A stretch of DNA of 61,960 nucleotides, the filler included, from Bdellovibrionota bacterium (GTDB lineage: Bacteria > Bdellovibrionota > Bdellovibrionia > Bdellovibrionales > JAEYZS01), in the NCBI GenBank assembly GCA_963169515.1. It is 3 parts of 3 records of this genome, joined end to end, with 100 filler letters (N's around TTAATTAATTAA, not from the genome) between each part and the next. Parts side by side here need not be neighbours in the genome. Positions count along the whole stretch, not along the records: positions 1 to 28,527 come from CAUJEF010000091.1; 2 more parts are not named here. The stretch is one strand, 5' to 3'. Each line of letters begins with the position of its first letter. The first letter of the stretch is position 1. Positions 11,473-20,676 of the stretch are shown one piece after another. A program made the position numbers and the translations under genes. The notes beneath the pieces are model-generated. The model was not told the origin of the DNA. It ran no database searches and worked only from the letters and a program-made list of their open reading frames with translations.

Positions 11473-13541
11473 TTTGTATTTTTAACATCTCCCCGAGCAA
11501 AAATGCTGGACACATAGTTTAAGGCGTAATTTGCGCAAATCTCACAGTATCCATAATCTTTTATCAAGCGGGTTTTAACGGTTTCAATTTTATCCTGTGT
11601 TGGCTTATCTACTGCCGTTGCGACAAGAGACGTTAGTTTGATACTGTCTTTTTGGTCCTCAAACATTTTTAATTCAAGTGCTTTGTGCAGCCGCTCACTT
11701 GTTTTGTAATCAAATTTTTTGCCCTCAAGCGACAGCGCCCCTATGTAATTCATAATTTCGCGCCGAAAATCATCTTTGCGCGACTCTGGTATCTCGATTT
11801 TTTCTTCAATCGATCTCATTAACCGTTCATCTGGCTCCTCATCGCGACCTGTAAAAACATTTCGTACCTTTTCTCGTTGTGTGTACGCCTTGACGTTATC
11901 AATATAGTTCGCACACAGGCGTGACATCGCACTTTCATCGGCACAGATCGCACGCTGCACCTCGGATTTGATGACGTCCTCGTACTCTTGCTTTACAACA
12001 TTAAGCAATTCCCGATATTGGTTCTTTTTTTCCTCGTTTGAAATCAGCGAATGGTGCTTCAATCCACTTTCAAGTTCATTCATAACTGTAAATGGGTTCA
12101 CACAACCCACGATGCCGTGTTTATTATTCACAAAAGCGTTAGATAACTTGTCTTGCACATACCGCGGAGAGATTCCATCTAAGCCCTCTCGGAGCGCTTC
12201 TTTCCGAAGTTCTTTTACATTATCCTCTGTAAATCCCGGGATAGACTTGCCGTTGTATAATTTTAGTTTTTGTAATCGAGTCAGGTTAGCTTTCTTCGGA
12301 GTCTCTAACCGAGTCAGAATTGCCCACATCGCGGCGGTTTCAATCGTGTGTGGAGCAATGTGGACGCCTTGAATTTTCCTCGAATTGAAGTCCTTTTCGT
12401 AAATTCGAATTTCGTCTTTTAGCTTTGTAATGTACGGGATATCAATTTTTACAGTGCGATCCCTCAAAGCTTCCATAAATTCATTGTTTTGCAATCGTCG
12501 ATACTCGGGCTCGTTGGTGTGACCGATGATCACTTCATCGATATGCGTTTGTGCGAATTTTTTTGGCTTTACACGATGTTCCTGCGATGCCCCCAAAAGA
12601 TCGTATAAGAACGCAACGTCAAGCTTTAAAACCTCGACAAATTCTATTATGCCACGATTTGAGATATTAAATTCTCCATCAAAATTAAACGCTCGTGGGT
12701 CAGAGTCCGACCCGTACTCGGCAATCTTACGATAATTAATATCGCCAGTGAGCTCTGTCGAATCCTGATTTTTTTCGTCCTTTGGTTGAAATGTTCCAAT
12801 TCCCACACGGTCTTGTTCGCTTAGGACCAACCGCTTGATTCGGACGTATTCTAAAACTTTGGTTACATCTCCATCGTGTCGTTCTAGTAACTTTGTAAAA
12901 ATAAATCGACTTGCTGGACACAAGTCGCCTCTTACGTTGACTCTATATTCTCCATCTAAGCCGCGATTTAATTCCTGCACGAACTCATCGCGCATTTCCA
13001 CTGGTATAAGAAGCAGCGGCTCTTCATGCATCGGTGAAATCATTGACATCGTGTTTGCACCCAACAGTCCATGTGGGTTTTCAGGGTTATCTATCCATTC
13101 AAATGTATACATCGCACCATCTGGAGTTTTAGCGTAATCTTCAATTCCGTGCTTTAAGAGTCTTACGATTGTTGATTTTGAACTCCCAACCGGTCCGTGC
13201 AACAAAATAACCCGCTTCTCCGTTCCGTATCCCAGCGCTGCGGCTCGAATCACATTCACGAATTTCATCAGCGGAACGTCAAGTCCGAAAACAGCGTCAG
13301 CTCCGTTATTTTGTTCGTCGTCGAAAAATTTGTATCGCGTGATTTTCTTTTTGACGTCGATATATTCTGACGTCCCATGAGTCAAAATCATGTCATACAT
13401 TCTTTGAAATGCGTTTCGAGTAATTTCGGGATTTTCTTTTACCATATCTAGGTAGTCCCAGAAATTTCCTGACCAAGTCAAATCCTTGAAGTGCTGTTTT
13501 TCTTGAATCGCATTCAAAAGTTGTTTGAAATCTGGAGCCAT
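11469..13541 (-). CDS. prkA: PrkA/YeaG family AAA+ serine protein kinase
   Basis: Walker [45 protein letters not shown]. Confidence 0.95.
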   Translation of the reverse strand: MAPDFKQLLNAIQEKQHFKDLTWSGNFWDYLDMVKENPEITRNAFQRMYDMILTHGTSEYIDVKKKITRYKFFDDEQNNGADAVFGLDVPLMKFVNVIRAAALGYGTEKRVILLHGPVGSSKSTIVRLLKHGIEDYAKTPDGAMYTFEWIDNPENPHGLLGANTMSMISPMHEEPLLLIPVEMRDEFVQELNRGLDGEYRVNVRGDLCPASRFIFTKLLERHDGDVTKVLEYVRIKRLVLSEQDRVGIGTFQPKDEKNQDSTELTGDINYRKIAEYGSDSDPRAFNFDGEFNISNRGIIEFVEVLKLDVAFLYDLLGASQEHRVKPKKFAQTHIDEVIIGHTNEPEYRRLQNNEFMEALRDRTVKIDIPYITKLKDEIRIYEKDFNSRKIQGVHIAPHTIETAAMWAILTRLETPKKANLTRLQKLKLYNGKSIPGFTEDNVKELRKEALREGLDGISPRYVQDKLSNAFVNNKHGIVGCVNPFTVMNELESGLKHHSLISNEEKKNQYRELLNVVKQEYEDVIKSEVQRAICADESAMSRLCANYIDNVKAYTQREKVRNVFTGRDEEPDERLMRSIEEKIEIPESRKDDFRREIMNYIGALSLEGKKFDYKTSERLHKALELKMFEDQKDSIKLTSLVATAVDKPTQDKIETVKTRLIKDYGYCEICANYALNYVSSIFARGDVKNTK

Positions 13542-13712
13542 GGAACCTCCTGGCGTTGTTTTCTATTATAGCCTGATTCCGCAGATTTATGATATCACAA
13601 CTGGACTGACGTCTTGTGCTTTTGTCGGTTAGAAAATTTTAAAAAAAGTTTATTATCAAACTGAATATATTCAGTTTGAAATCAAAATGTCCAAGCCCTG
13701 AGGGGCTCGAAA

Positions 13713-14360
13713 CTAAGCATTGGGCTTTTCAATCTCAAAAATTTTAGGATCAATAGATTCTGGCTTTTCAAAATTATGGAACTGCAGTTGAATTTCGTAA
13801 TGCGGGTGTTGAATCAGAACATTTCTATGTTTGCCTTCACGCTCTGACCATACGATTTTCATGTCATCAGCGCCCCTGCAATCTGTAACATTGCCATTTA
13901 TATCTGCAGTACAAGACCAGCTTTTTTCAGGGATCGGTTCGTCAAACAAAATGTGGTAGATCAAGCGAGGATCGATTGGGTGCCCAAACACGGGGCGAAG
14001 ATTTTCCGCATTAACCATCCCCCGAAACCATTTCTTTTTGTTGGGAATAACCCAACTTAAATTTTTTTTATTCATAGCAAAACTAGCCAGATGACTTCCA
14101 ATTGCAGAGCTCACTTCCACTCGTAAAAACTGTGGTCTCTCTGCAATAAAATCGATATTTACAATATATTTTTTTGAATTACTTTTATTTTTTACAAGCG
14201 CCCGAGCTTCCCATTCACCAGACTGAACTTCCCGAAATGTCTTTGGCGTTGTCGTGCAGCTAAGGACCAGTAGCGGAAGCAGGGCTACGATTGGCCGGAG
14301 AGCCCGACGTAATCCGTTCCAAATCTCTGATTTTCGTTCTAAGCTTATCAGCAGTGTCAT
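13713..14360 (-). CDS. LolB-like (DUF4292-like) lipoprotein; start uncertain
   Basis: Lipobox VLSC. LRVEVSSAIGSHLASF and FGHPIDPRLIYHIL resemble LolB segments. Follows a TPR gene. The nearest ATG (14360) overlaps the TPR gene end. Confidence 0.55.
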   Translation of the reverse strand: MTLLISLERKSEIWNGLRRALRPIVALLPLLVLSCTTTPKTFREVQSGEWEARALVKNKSNSKKYIVNIDFIAERPQFLRVEVSSAIGSHLASFAMNKKNLSWVIPNKKKWFRGMVNAENLRPVFGHPIDPRLIYHILFDEPIPEKSWSCTADINGNVTDCRGADDMKIVWSEREGKHRNVLIQHPHYEIQLQFHNFEKPESIDPKIFEIEKPNA

Positions 14361-16047
14361 TATCCTTTTCAACCGAAACGGCCTTTTCATACATATCACG
14401 CGCTTTTTGAAATAACTGATATTGATAATACGCATCTCCAAGGTGTTCGGCAATGATACTTTCATTTGGCTGGGTCTGGTGTGCTGCTTCTAGAATTTTC
14501 ACTGCTTCAGAAATTTTTCCCTTTTTATAAAGAACCCACCCAACCGTATCTTTGATGAATGCATCACCTGGATTTAAAGCCAGGGCCCGCCGAGAAAGAT
14601 CCTCCGCAAAGTCCAATTCCACATCCATTTCAGCATAGGTATAAGCCAAATAATTCAGAGCCTGGAAATGTTTTTCATTGAGAGCTATCACCTTTTTCAT
14701 ATTCTCAATAGTCTCTTTTCGCTTTCCCAGCTTGTCTTGAACGGATCCAAGGAAAAAATGCAGCTGATCATCTGTAGGAAATTTTTTGACGGCCTCTAGC
14801 AGTACCTTTTCAGCCTTCGCATAATCTTTAGAGTCATCAAGCAATGAAGCATACAAAGCATAAAACTGGGAGTAGTCTGATTTTTTGGAAATTGCATCTT
14901 CGATTATATCAATGGCCTTTGATGTATCGCCTTGAAGTTTAGTCAAGTATGCCGCATGCACCGACGCTTCACCATAAAATTGACTTGCAGGTTCAATTTT
15001 TCTAAACTGGGCAATCGCATCCGGATATTCCTTTAGCTCTTCATAGACCGCGGCAAGATAAAACCGAACTTTATCCGAATCTGGCGACAGAGCTAAAATT
15101 TCTTTTAGTTTATAAATTGCCTTTTCATAATCTTTCTTTTCAATCAAAATCAACGCCAGCCGAACCTTAACATTTAAATTCAAAGGCTCAGAGGCTTGAA
15201 TAATTTCGTACTGATTATAAGCCTTTTCATAGTCCTCATCTTCTAAATAGAGCTGAGCAAGGGACTTTGCCACCTCAACATTCGGACCGAACTGATCCTG
15301 GAACGTGCTATAAAGCTTTTTTGCCTTTTCCCTTTGATGATCACGCTCGTAAATAGATCCAAGAGCAATTACAGCATCATCGAAATCATTTTTTATTTGT
15401 AGCGATTTCTGTAAGTGATCAATACCCTTTTTGTGCTCGCCAGTTTGATCTAAAATACGGCCAATATAGTAGTGCGCCAAGTGGTGGTAAGCTTTGTTTT
15501 TGTCTTTAGTGATTTCTTCGAACATTTTTATGGACTTTGCAAACTGATCTTGTTCTGCGTAGACGGCGCCTAAATATAACTTTGCCTCTGTCGCACGCTC
15601 TGGATCGTTCAACACGACTTGGTTATAGTGTTTTTCAGCCTTTTCATAAACTTTGATCGAAGAATATAAGCTTCCCAACATCAAGTGGGCATCGATATCC
15701 TTGCCGTTTTTTCCCACAACATATTCAACTTGCGTAATCGCTTCCGAAACGAGGCCCATTTTCACATACTCAGACGCAAGCTTCATTCTCACCGTTGGAG
15801 ATTCTGGATCATAAAGCAGCGTAAGCTTGAACTGTTCTGCTGCCTTTTGTGGCAAACCCTCAAGGCTGTAAGTTTCCCCCATTGCAAAATGATAGTCTGC
15901 TTGGGACTGCATCTGTAGCGGATCTATAGAAACGACATCTTCCTCTTTGGGATCTGCTGGCGGTTCATTTTGAAACACTGACTGAATTGGCTTTGGAAGA
16001 GAGGTACATCCGGTCACTAAGAATAAAATTAAAATCGTCTTTTTCAC
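14260..16047 (-). CDS. Tetratricopeptide-repeat lipoprotein
   Basis: Lipobox VTGC, many TPRs, C-terminal ALNYLAYTYAE...DTVGWVLYK...IAEHLGDAY typical of the TPR proteins encoded next to lolB. Confidence 0.9.
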   Translation of the reverse strand: MKKTILILFLVTGCTSLPKPIQSVFQNEPPADPKEEDVVSIDPLQMQSQADYHFAMGETYSLEGLPQKAAEQFKLTLLYDPESPTVRMKLASEYVKMGLVSEAITQVEYVVGKNGKDIDAHLMLGSLYSSIKVYEKAEKHYNQVVLNDPERATEAKLYLGAVYAEQDQFAKSIKMFEEITKDKNKAYHHLAHYYIGRILDQTGEHKKGIDHLQKSLQIKNDFDDAVIALGSIYERDHQREKAKKLYSTFQDQFGPNVEVAKSLAQLYLEDEDYEKAYNQYEIIQASEPLNLNVKVRLALILIEKKDYEKAIYKLKEILALSPDSDKVRFYLAAVYEELKEYPDAIAQFRKIEPASQFYGEASVHAAYLTKLQGDTSKAIDIIEDAISKKSDYSQFYALYASLLDDSKDYAKAEKVLLEAVKKFPTDDQLHFFLGSVQDKLGKRKETIENMKKVIALNEKHFQALNYLAYTYAEMDVELDFAEDLSRRALALNPGDAFIKDTVGWVLYKKGKISEAVKILEAAHQTQPNESIIAEHLGDAYYQYQLFQKARDMYEKAVSVEKDNDTADKLRTKIRDLERITSGSPANRSPASATGP

Positions 16048-16083
16048 TTTTCATCCCTGAAGGGCAAATTCCCCTCAGAGAAT

Positions 16084-16111
16084 AAATCGGTGCTTTTTAA
16101 AATTTCCTTTA
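16084..16111 (-). promoter_or_regulatory. Sigma28 (FliA)-like promoter for TPR gene
   Basis: Minus strand TAAA-N16-ACCGATTT. Confidence 0.5.
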
Positions 16112-16147
16112 TAAATATGAGACAAAATAGAGTCGAGGTAAGACACG

Positions 16148-16624
16148 CTACCTGTAAGATTTTAAATGGCCGACATCATCTCCCATAATTTGGATTTGAG
16201 CATTTTTTCTCGCCTCAAAAGAGATGTCGTTTAAGACCGTATCCATGACTGCGTTAGGTCCAGCTGAAATAACAATCATATATACTGGTTGCCCATAAGA
16301 ATTGTGAATGACTTTATAGCTGTAAGGCTTGCCCCATGGATCAGCACCAAGGTAACCTTCCTGCGTTGCTTTCCCCTCTGCAGTTGCCAGTTCTCTTAAA
16401 GTCTTTACATGGGTAGTTTTTACTGAATTTGCGACAAGCTCATCAGCATACATTTTGGCATTTGTACGAGCTAGGGCGAGCTTCCTTTCTTCATTGTTGC
16501 GGTTCAAGATACTGAGAGTGATTCCTAACACCAATAAAAAAGAGCCTAAGATTTTAAAAATATCTAAAGAGTTAAGAGGCTGTTTTAACTTGTCTTTTTC
16601 TGAAACAGATATTGATTTTTCCAT
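16148..16624 (-). CDS. Membrane-anchored protein with GspG/pseudopilin-like C-terminal domain
   Basis: One TM helix. DPWGKPYSY...ISAGPNAVMDT...GDDV resembles the T2SS GspG globular motif. No prepilin GFTL.E cleavage motif. Confidence 0.6.
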   Translation of the reverse strand: MEKSISVSEKDKLKQPLNSLDIFKILGSFLLVLGITLSILNRNNEERKLALARTNAKMYADELVANSVKTTHVKTLRELATAEGKATQEGYLGADPWGKPYSYKVIHNSYGQPVYMIVISAGPNAVMDTVLNDISFEARKNAQIQIMGDDVGHLKSYR

Positions 16625-16637
16625 GCTTCCACCTAGA

Positions 16638-16665
16638 CTTTCGGCAAGGAAATATGCAAACTTTA
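16638..16665 (-). promoter_or_regulatory. Sigma28 (FliA)-like promoter
   Basis: Minus strand TAAAGTTT-N12-GCCGAAAG, close to the consensus TAAAGTTT...GCCGATAA. Confidence 0.7.
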
Positions 16666-16770
16666 GCTTTTTGCGAGGGGTTTTTTGGTACTTGAGATAT
16701 GCTCATATTATGTTACTTAATTTGAATTAATGCTTGGCGTAATTGGATTATATATTAATCATTTGATGCC

Positions 16771-16800
16771 TTGACAACCCGTGACGATCTCAAATAAATT
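16771..16800 (+). promoter_or_regulatory. Sigma70-like promoter for PhaR-like gene
   Basis: TTGACA-N18-TAAATT, about 45 bp upstream of the ATG. Confidence 0.4.
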
Positions 16801-16844
16801 GCCCCTCGTCCCAAGCATTTAGCTTATAAGGAATTTTAGGTCAT

Positions 16845-17432
16845 ATGGATGCGAAAGATAAAAATATTAACAACTCAAATACCGTAACCGGGGAGGCTGC
16901 ATTGGAACCACAAGCCCAAACCACAGAGAGAACTGCTGCATTAAGTTCTACTCCTAAGATCATTAAAAGATATCAGAACCGAAAGCTTTACGACACCCAG
17001 CAAAGCTGCTACGTGACGCTGGATGATATTGCAAAAATGATTCGCGCTAATGAAGAAGTGACTGTCATTGACAACAAAACAAAACGTGACATCACGGCGT
17101 CCACCCTTTCGCAAATCATTTTCGAAGCTGAAAAGAAAGCTGGAGAGTTCGCTCCCCTATTCGTTTTGCGTGACATCATTCAGTATGGAAATGGAAGTAT
17201 GTCTAGCTACCTTGCAAAATTGCAAGTATTCAAACCTGAACAGCGCGAAACACCTGTGAAAGAAATCGTGCGTGATTTTCTTGAAAAGGGACCTCGTTCT
17301 TATGATGACGTAAAAAGCAACTTAGATGCGCGCGTTTCTAAAACTTCTGAAACAGAAGATTCAAAGTCAAATAACCCAGAAGCTGAACCTACATTCGAGC
17401 TTCCAAACTCAAATCGTAATTTCACGAATTAA
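16845..17432 (+). CDS. PhaR-like (PHB accumulation regulator) DNA-binding domain protein
   Basis: IIKRYQNRKLYDTQQSCYVTLDDIAKMIR...VIDNKTKRDIT..TLSQII is the PHB_acc_N signature. Confidence 0.85.
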   Translation: MDAKDKNINNSNTVTGEAALEPQAQTTERTAALSSTPKIIKRYQNRKLYDTQQSCYVTLDDIAKMIRANEEVTVIDNKTKRDITASTLSQIIFEAEKKAGEFAPLFVLRDIIQYGNGSMSSYLAKLQVFKPEQRETPVKEIVRDFLEKGPRSYDDVKSNLDARVSKTSETEDSKSNNPEAEPTFELPNSNRNFTN

Positions 17433-17472
17433 TCACATCCCCGATTGGCGACACCGACCAAAGGGTAATGAT

Positions 17473-17505
17473 AAAAAAAGGCTATCGCAGATAGCCTTTT
17501 TTTTT
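17473..17505. terminator. Rho-independent terminator (A/U tracts both sides)
   Basis: A7-GGCTATC-gca-GATAGCC-T9. Confidence 0.85.
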
Positions 17506-17519
17506 GCTATGATTCGAAT

Positions 17520-18080
17520 ATGTTTAATAAATTCGTGTTTTTAGCTTTGCTGCTTTCGGTCATTGAAAGTTCGGCAAGCTTTGGGCCCCAACAATCCCGG
17601 TTGGGCCTGACCGCAGGACAGGTGTTCCTGACCAGTGACGTACTGGACAGGTCCGGCAATGCTATCGGATTCGGGCTTAACTTCGCATATCAGGTGAATT
17701 CACTTTGGGCGATGGAAGCTCAACATTTACGCAGCTCTCACGATAACCTTAAACATCGTGAGACCTCTGTGGGTGCAAACTACTACTTTAGTGACGATCC
17801 GATTTTCATAACCCATGCTAATTTTGGTTTTAATTTTGTAAGCCACGAACTCAAAGTTGCCGGCCTACCAGCTGCATTTAATGAAAACGGCTTTGGAGTG
17901 TATGCTGGAATTGGGGTGGACTTCTTAGTCTCTGATTCTATCGCGGCAGGACTACAAGTACGCTATAATAAAATGTTCGGAGTTGATGCAACCGACGGGT
18001 GGTCCACTCCCAATCGACAAATTCCTGTAATTCAAGACTTTGCAACCCTACTTGTCCGAATATCCTACATATTTGAATAA
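17520..18080 (+). CDS. Outer-membrane beta-barrel protein (OmpA/OmpW-like 8-strand)
   Basis: Signal peptide, alternating amphipathic strands (FGVYAGIGVDF), C-terminal ISYIFE. Confidence 0.75.
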   Translation: MFNKFVFLALLLSVIESSASFGPQQSRLGLTAGQVFLTSDVLDRSGNAIGFGLNFAYQVNSLWAMEAQHLRSSHDNLKHRETSVGANYYFSDDPIFITHANFGFNFVSHELKVAGLPAAFNENGFGVYAGIGVDFLVSDSIAAGLQVRYNKMFGVDATDGWSTPNRQIPVIQDFATLLVRISYIFE

Positions 18081-18083
18081 TTA

Positions 18084-20144
18084 TTATCGGATGCTTCGAA
18101 TTCGCTCTGCTTCTGTATGCACAAATTCGTAAACTTTTTTAAGTCGACCATACAGTCCAGACCGGCGTCCAACTTGAATCGAAGAGTTTTCAATAATTTG
18201 ATCCAGGGTTAAGCGCGCTTCTGACGGAACCGTTGGGTTAATCACATTTGCGATAAACCAATCTAAGTACCCCATTTTTTTATCTGCACCAACAAAAGTT
18301 GTGCGTTGTACACGCAATTCATTTCTTTGCTTTAAGGAAGTCTTCGGGGATAAATCAATTAAATAATCCATCATTGCATACTTTAAAGCATACGCTTCCA
18401 TCGTTTGATCACGAAGTTTTGGTAGGTCTTGCTCTGGAATCTCAATAGGAAAACTCCCCCTGGCTGCATTGGTCACATTTTCTCTGACCGAATACAAAAA
18501 ATGCGTGGCTTCAAGGAAGTCTGGGGTAATTCCTTTGAGAAGACCTTTTGCCCTATATGGTTTCATTGGGTCCTCAAATATGTAAACATGACCACGGGGT
18601 GCGAAGCGATCCCGATAAGACACGAGTTCCTCAACAACCGTTGGTCCGCCGTCTTCGTCTGCTTCGCCTTGCAAGAAAAGCATATTGTCCCCAAGATCTT
18701 CAAAAATTTTGGGATTCACCTTCTGGGCGGCTTCGATTTCAGCTTGAAAGTCATGTGCAATAACATTGGCGTGCGCGATCGCATCTTTCAATATGCCTTT
18801 AATTTCACCGCGCGCAAGTTGCTCATCGATATTCTTATCCTGAATATCAAATGTTAACGGATTGGAAAAGGAACTCATCACAAATAACTGTGTTGGTAGA
18901 CTAATGCCGTGAATCTTCGCCATAAGCACCTTGATTGCGATATTGAGAGAGCCCATGCTTCTACCGTCGTCTATTACTGGTAGATCTTTGGTCGTTGGCA
19001 ATTGGCTTATGAATTGGCTGTACCAGATCATATAGGCAGCCATTTCATCCGCTGATCGGACAGAGTTTAGACCAACCCCGCGTTCTCCGACGGAACCCGG
19101 TAAATCAAGCGCAAATGGAATGAATCCATATTGAAGCGCCAAAGGGATTTGTTGGTTCCAACTGGCGACGTTTGATCGCGGCGTGCCTGCCCCATGATAA
19201 AAGCTGATGTTAAACGCGGATTTTCCGGAGGCTTTAGTCGATGTCACAACCACACCACCTAATTCAGGAAAGTACGTGGCAACTGCTTGGGCCAAGGGAA
19301 GCTGAATGGACCAACGCCCGTTCGTATCACGGGCTACATAATTGCCGTCCAGTTCGAATTTCATAAGAGCTGCCAGGTCTGCTGTTTTCAAATCTGCTGT
19401 GATCTCAAAGTTTTTTTCAAGAAAAGCAGTGAACGCCAGGAACTCAGAGCGAAGGGAATCACGTAAACGCGCAAAATCGGGTTCTGAGCGCTGCCCCGTA
19501 TTGTAATCGTTGGCAATCTCTTCGGTTAGGGCCCTTATGCGATCGCCATAGCTTTTTAAATATGCTTTCTTTGATTCCTCAAAAAGCTTTGTCGGAATAT
19601 GGTTTTTTATCCAACCTTCCTGTTGGCCCATGTTCATTTGCCGAATATTTATCTTGTGGGCCTGAGCGTCCGAAAGAAAAATATCGCGATATTGGTTCAA
19701 AAAGGGGGTTTGAATGACCCCATCACTATCCATTGTAATTGCGCCACCCTCACGCTTTCGAATATCGTTGGAGCGTTTGTGGTCTGCTTCAATTTTTTTA
19801 CGAAAAGTTTCTCGCCATTTATTTGCGAGTGTATTCATTGCCTCGCGAGTCTTTACTGTTTCGCCAACCAAAATTTCTCGCGTAAATAACCGTGCAATGC
19901 CATCTTTTAATAGCGTTGGTGGTTGTCCGTCGTCACGAAAAAGAACAGGGGACGCATCACTGCTTATCCCGACAGTCCTATCTTGAATTTTTCTTTGAAT
20001 CAGCGCCTTGCCCGGGCTAGCTTTGACAGAAGAAACTTCTGTAAACTGCCTCCAAAATTCAAGGCAAGAATTTTGGGCTTGTGCAGATATGGAGACAAAT
20101 AAAAGAATTGTTATAAAATAGAAACGTCTATCGCCCACGACCAT
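18084..20144 (-). CDS. Secreted protein with C-terminal alpha/beta-hydrolase fold
   Basis: Signal peptide (AQA). FYHGAG, ALDLPG, nucleophile elbow GRSMG, FLQGEADE and ATH as a candidate triad. About 300-aa unknown N-terminal region. Confidence 0.6.
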   Translation of the reverse strand: MVVGDRRFYFITILLFVSISAQAQNSCLEFWRQFTEVSSVKASPGKALIQRKIQDRTVGISSDASPVLFRDDGQPPTLLKDGIARLFTREILVGETVKTREAMNTLANKWRETFRKKIEADHKRSNDIRKREGGAITMDSDGVIQTPFLNQYRDIFLSDAQAHKINIRQMNMGQQEGWIKNHIPTKLFEESKKAYLKSYGDRIRALTEEIANDYNTGQRSEPDFARLRDSLRSEFLAFTAFLEKNFEITADLKTADLAALMKFELDGNYVARDTNGRWSIQLPLAQAVATYFPELGGVVVTSTKASGKSAFNISFYHGAGTPRSNVASWNQQIPLALQYGFIPFALDLPGSVGERGVGLNSVRSADEMAAYMIWYSQFISQLPTTKDLPVIDDGRSMGSLNIAIKVLMAKIHGISLPTQLFVMSSFSNPLTFDIQDKNIDEQLARGEIKGILKDAIAHANVIAHDFQAEIEAAQKVNPKIFEDLGDNMLFLQGEADEDGGPTVVEELVSYRDRFAPRGHVYIFEDPMKPYRAKGLLKGITPDFLEATHFLYSVRENVTNAARGSFPIEIPEQDLPKLRDQTMEAYALKYAMMDYLIDLSPKTSLKQRNELRVQRTTFVGADKKMGYLDWFIANVINPTVPSEARLTLDQIIENSSIQVGRRSGLYGRLKKVYEFVHTEAERIRSIR

Positions 20145-20258
20145 AACATAGCCTCTACATTTACCTCGCCCCAATAGATACTATCAAATAACCCAAAAGC
20201 GATCAGTGACGGTAGCTTCGTTTGTAGTATTTACAGAACCTTGAGACCATTTTTGTCG

Positions 20259-20295
20259 AAAAAAAGGGCTATCTGAATAATTCAGATAGCCCTTT
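20259..20295 (-). terminator. Rho-independent terminator of the small peptide gene
   Basis: 12-bp stem GGGCTATCTGAA/TTCAGATAGCCC followed by T7 on the minus strand. Confidence 0.85.
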
Positions 20296-20379
20296 AATAG
20301 GAAGAGAACATTAAAATTTTGGACCCCTTAACCATCTCCTCCGTTATTCTGTAAAGTAACCCCCCTAAAACTTATATGC

Positions 20380-20586
20380 TTAAGGCCTTTTCTCAACCCC
20401 GCCTTTAAGCGCAGTGACCCCACACAACCCTTGCGCTTCGATATTACATTTTTCCTTGTGGTAAGGTGCCTTTTCTACTCCGCCCCCAAAAGCGATCGCT
20501 GTAAAAAGTAACCCCATCGTCCCTAGTATAACTGCCATTGCTAGCTTTGTTTTACTTAGCTTTTTTACCTTCTTATTTTTTTTCAT
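20380..20586 (-). CDS. Small secreted peptide precursor with duplicated GGVEK[A/R]P motif
   Basis: GGAGG RBS just upstream of the ATG, Lys-rich n-region plus hydrophobic h-region ending AIAFG, two motif copies, own promoter and terminator. Confidence 0.8.
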   Translation of the reverse strand: MKKNKKVKKLSKTKLAMAVILGTMGLLFTAIAFGGGVEKAPYHKEKCNIEAQGLCGVTALKGGVEKRP

Positions 20587-20622
20587 ACGCGCCTCCCAGC
20601 AACTGAGGTCACTATATTTTTA

Positions 20623-20649
20623 TACTCGACAAAAACCTAGACTCCTTTA
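20623..20649 (-). promoter_or_regulatory. Sigma28-like promoter for peptide gene
   Basis: Minus strand TAAA-N15-GTCGAGTA. Confidence 0.55.
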
Positions 20650-20676
20650 AGACGACATTCTTCCGATAGAAGACAT

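Noticed and set aside
8870..13541. prkA-DUF444-spoVR as a novel or sporulation system
   Set aside because: It is a well-known, widespread triad (yeaG-yeaH-ycgB) in non-sporulating bacteria and does not imply sporulation.
20293..20345. 13-codon ORF MVKGSKILMFSSY after GGAGGAG on the minus strand, downstream of the peptide gene
   Set aside because: The SD-like sequence abuts the ATG with no spacer and the ORF runs into the terminator. There is no support for translation.
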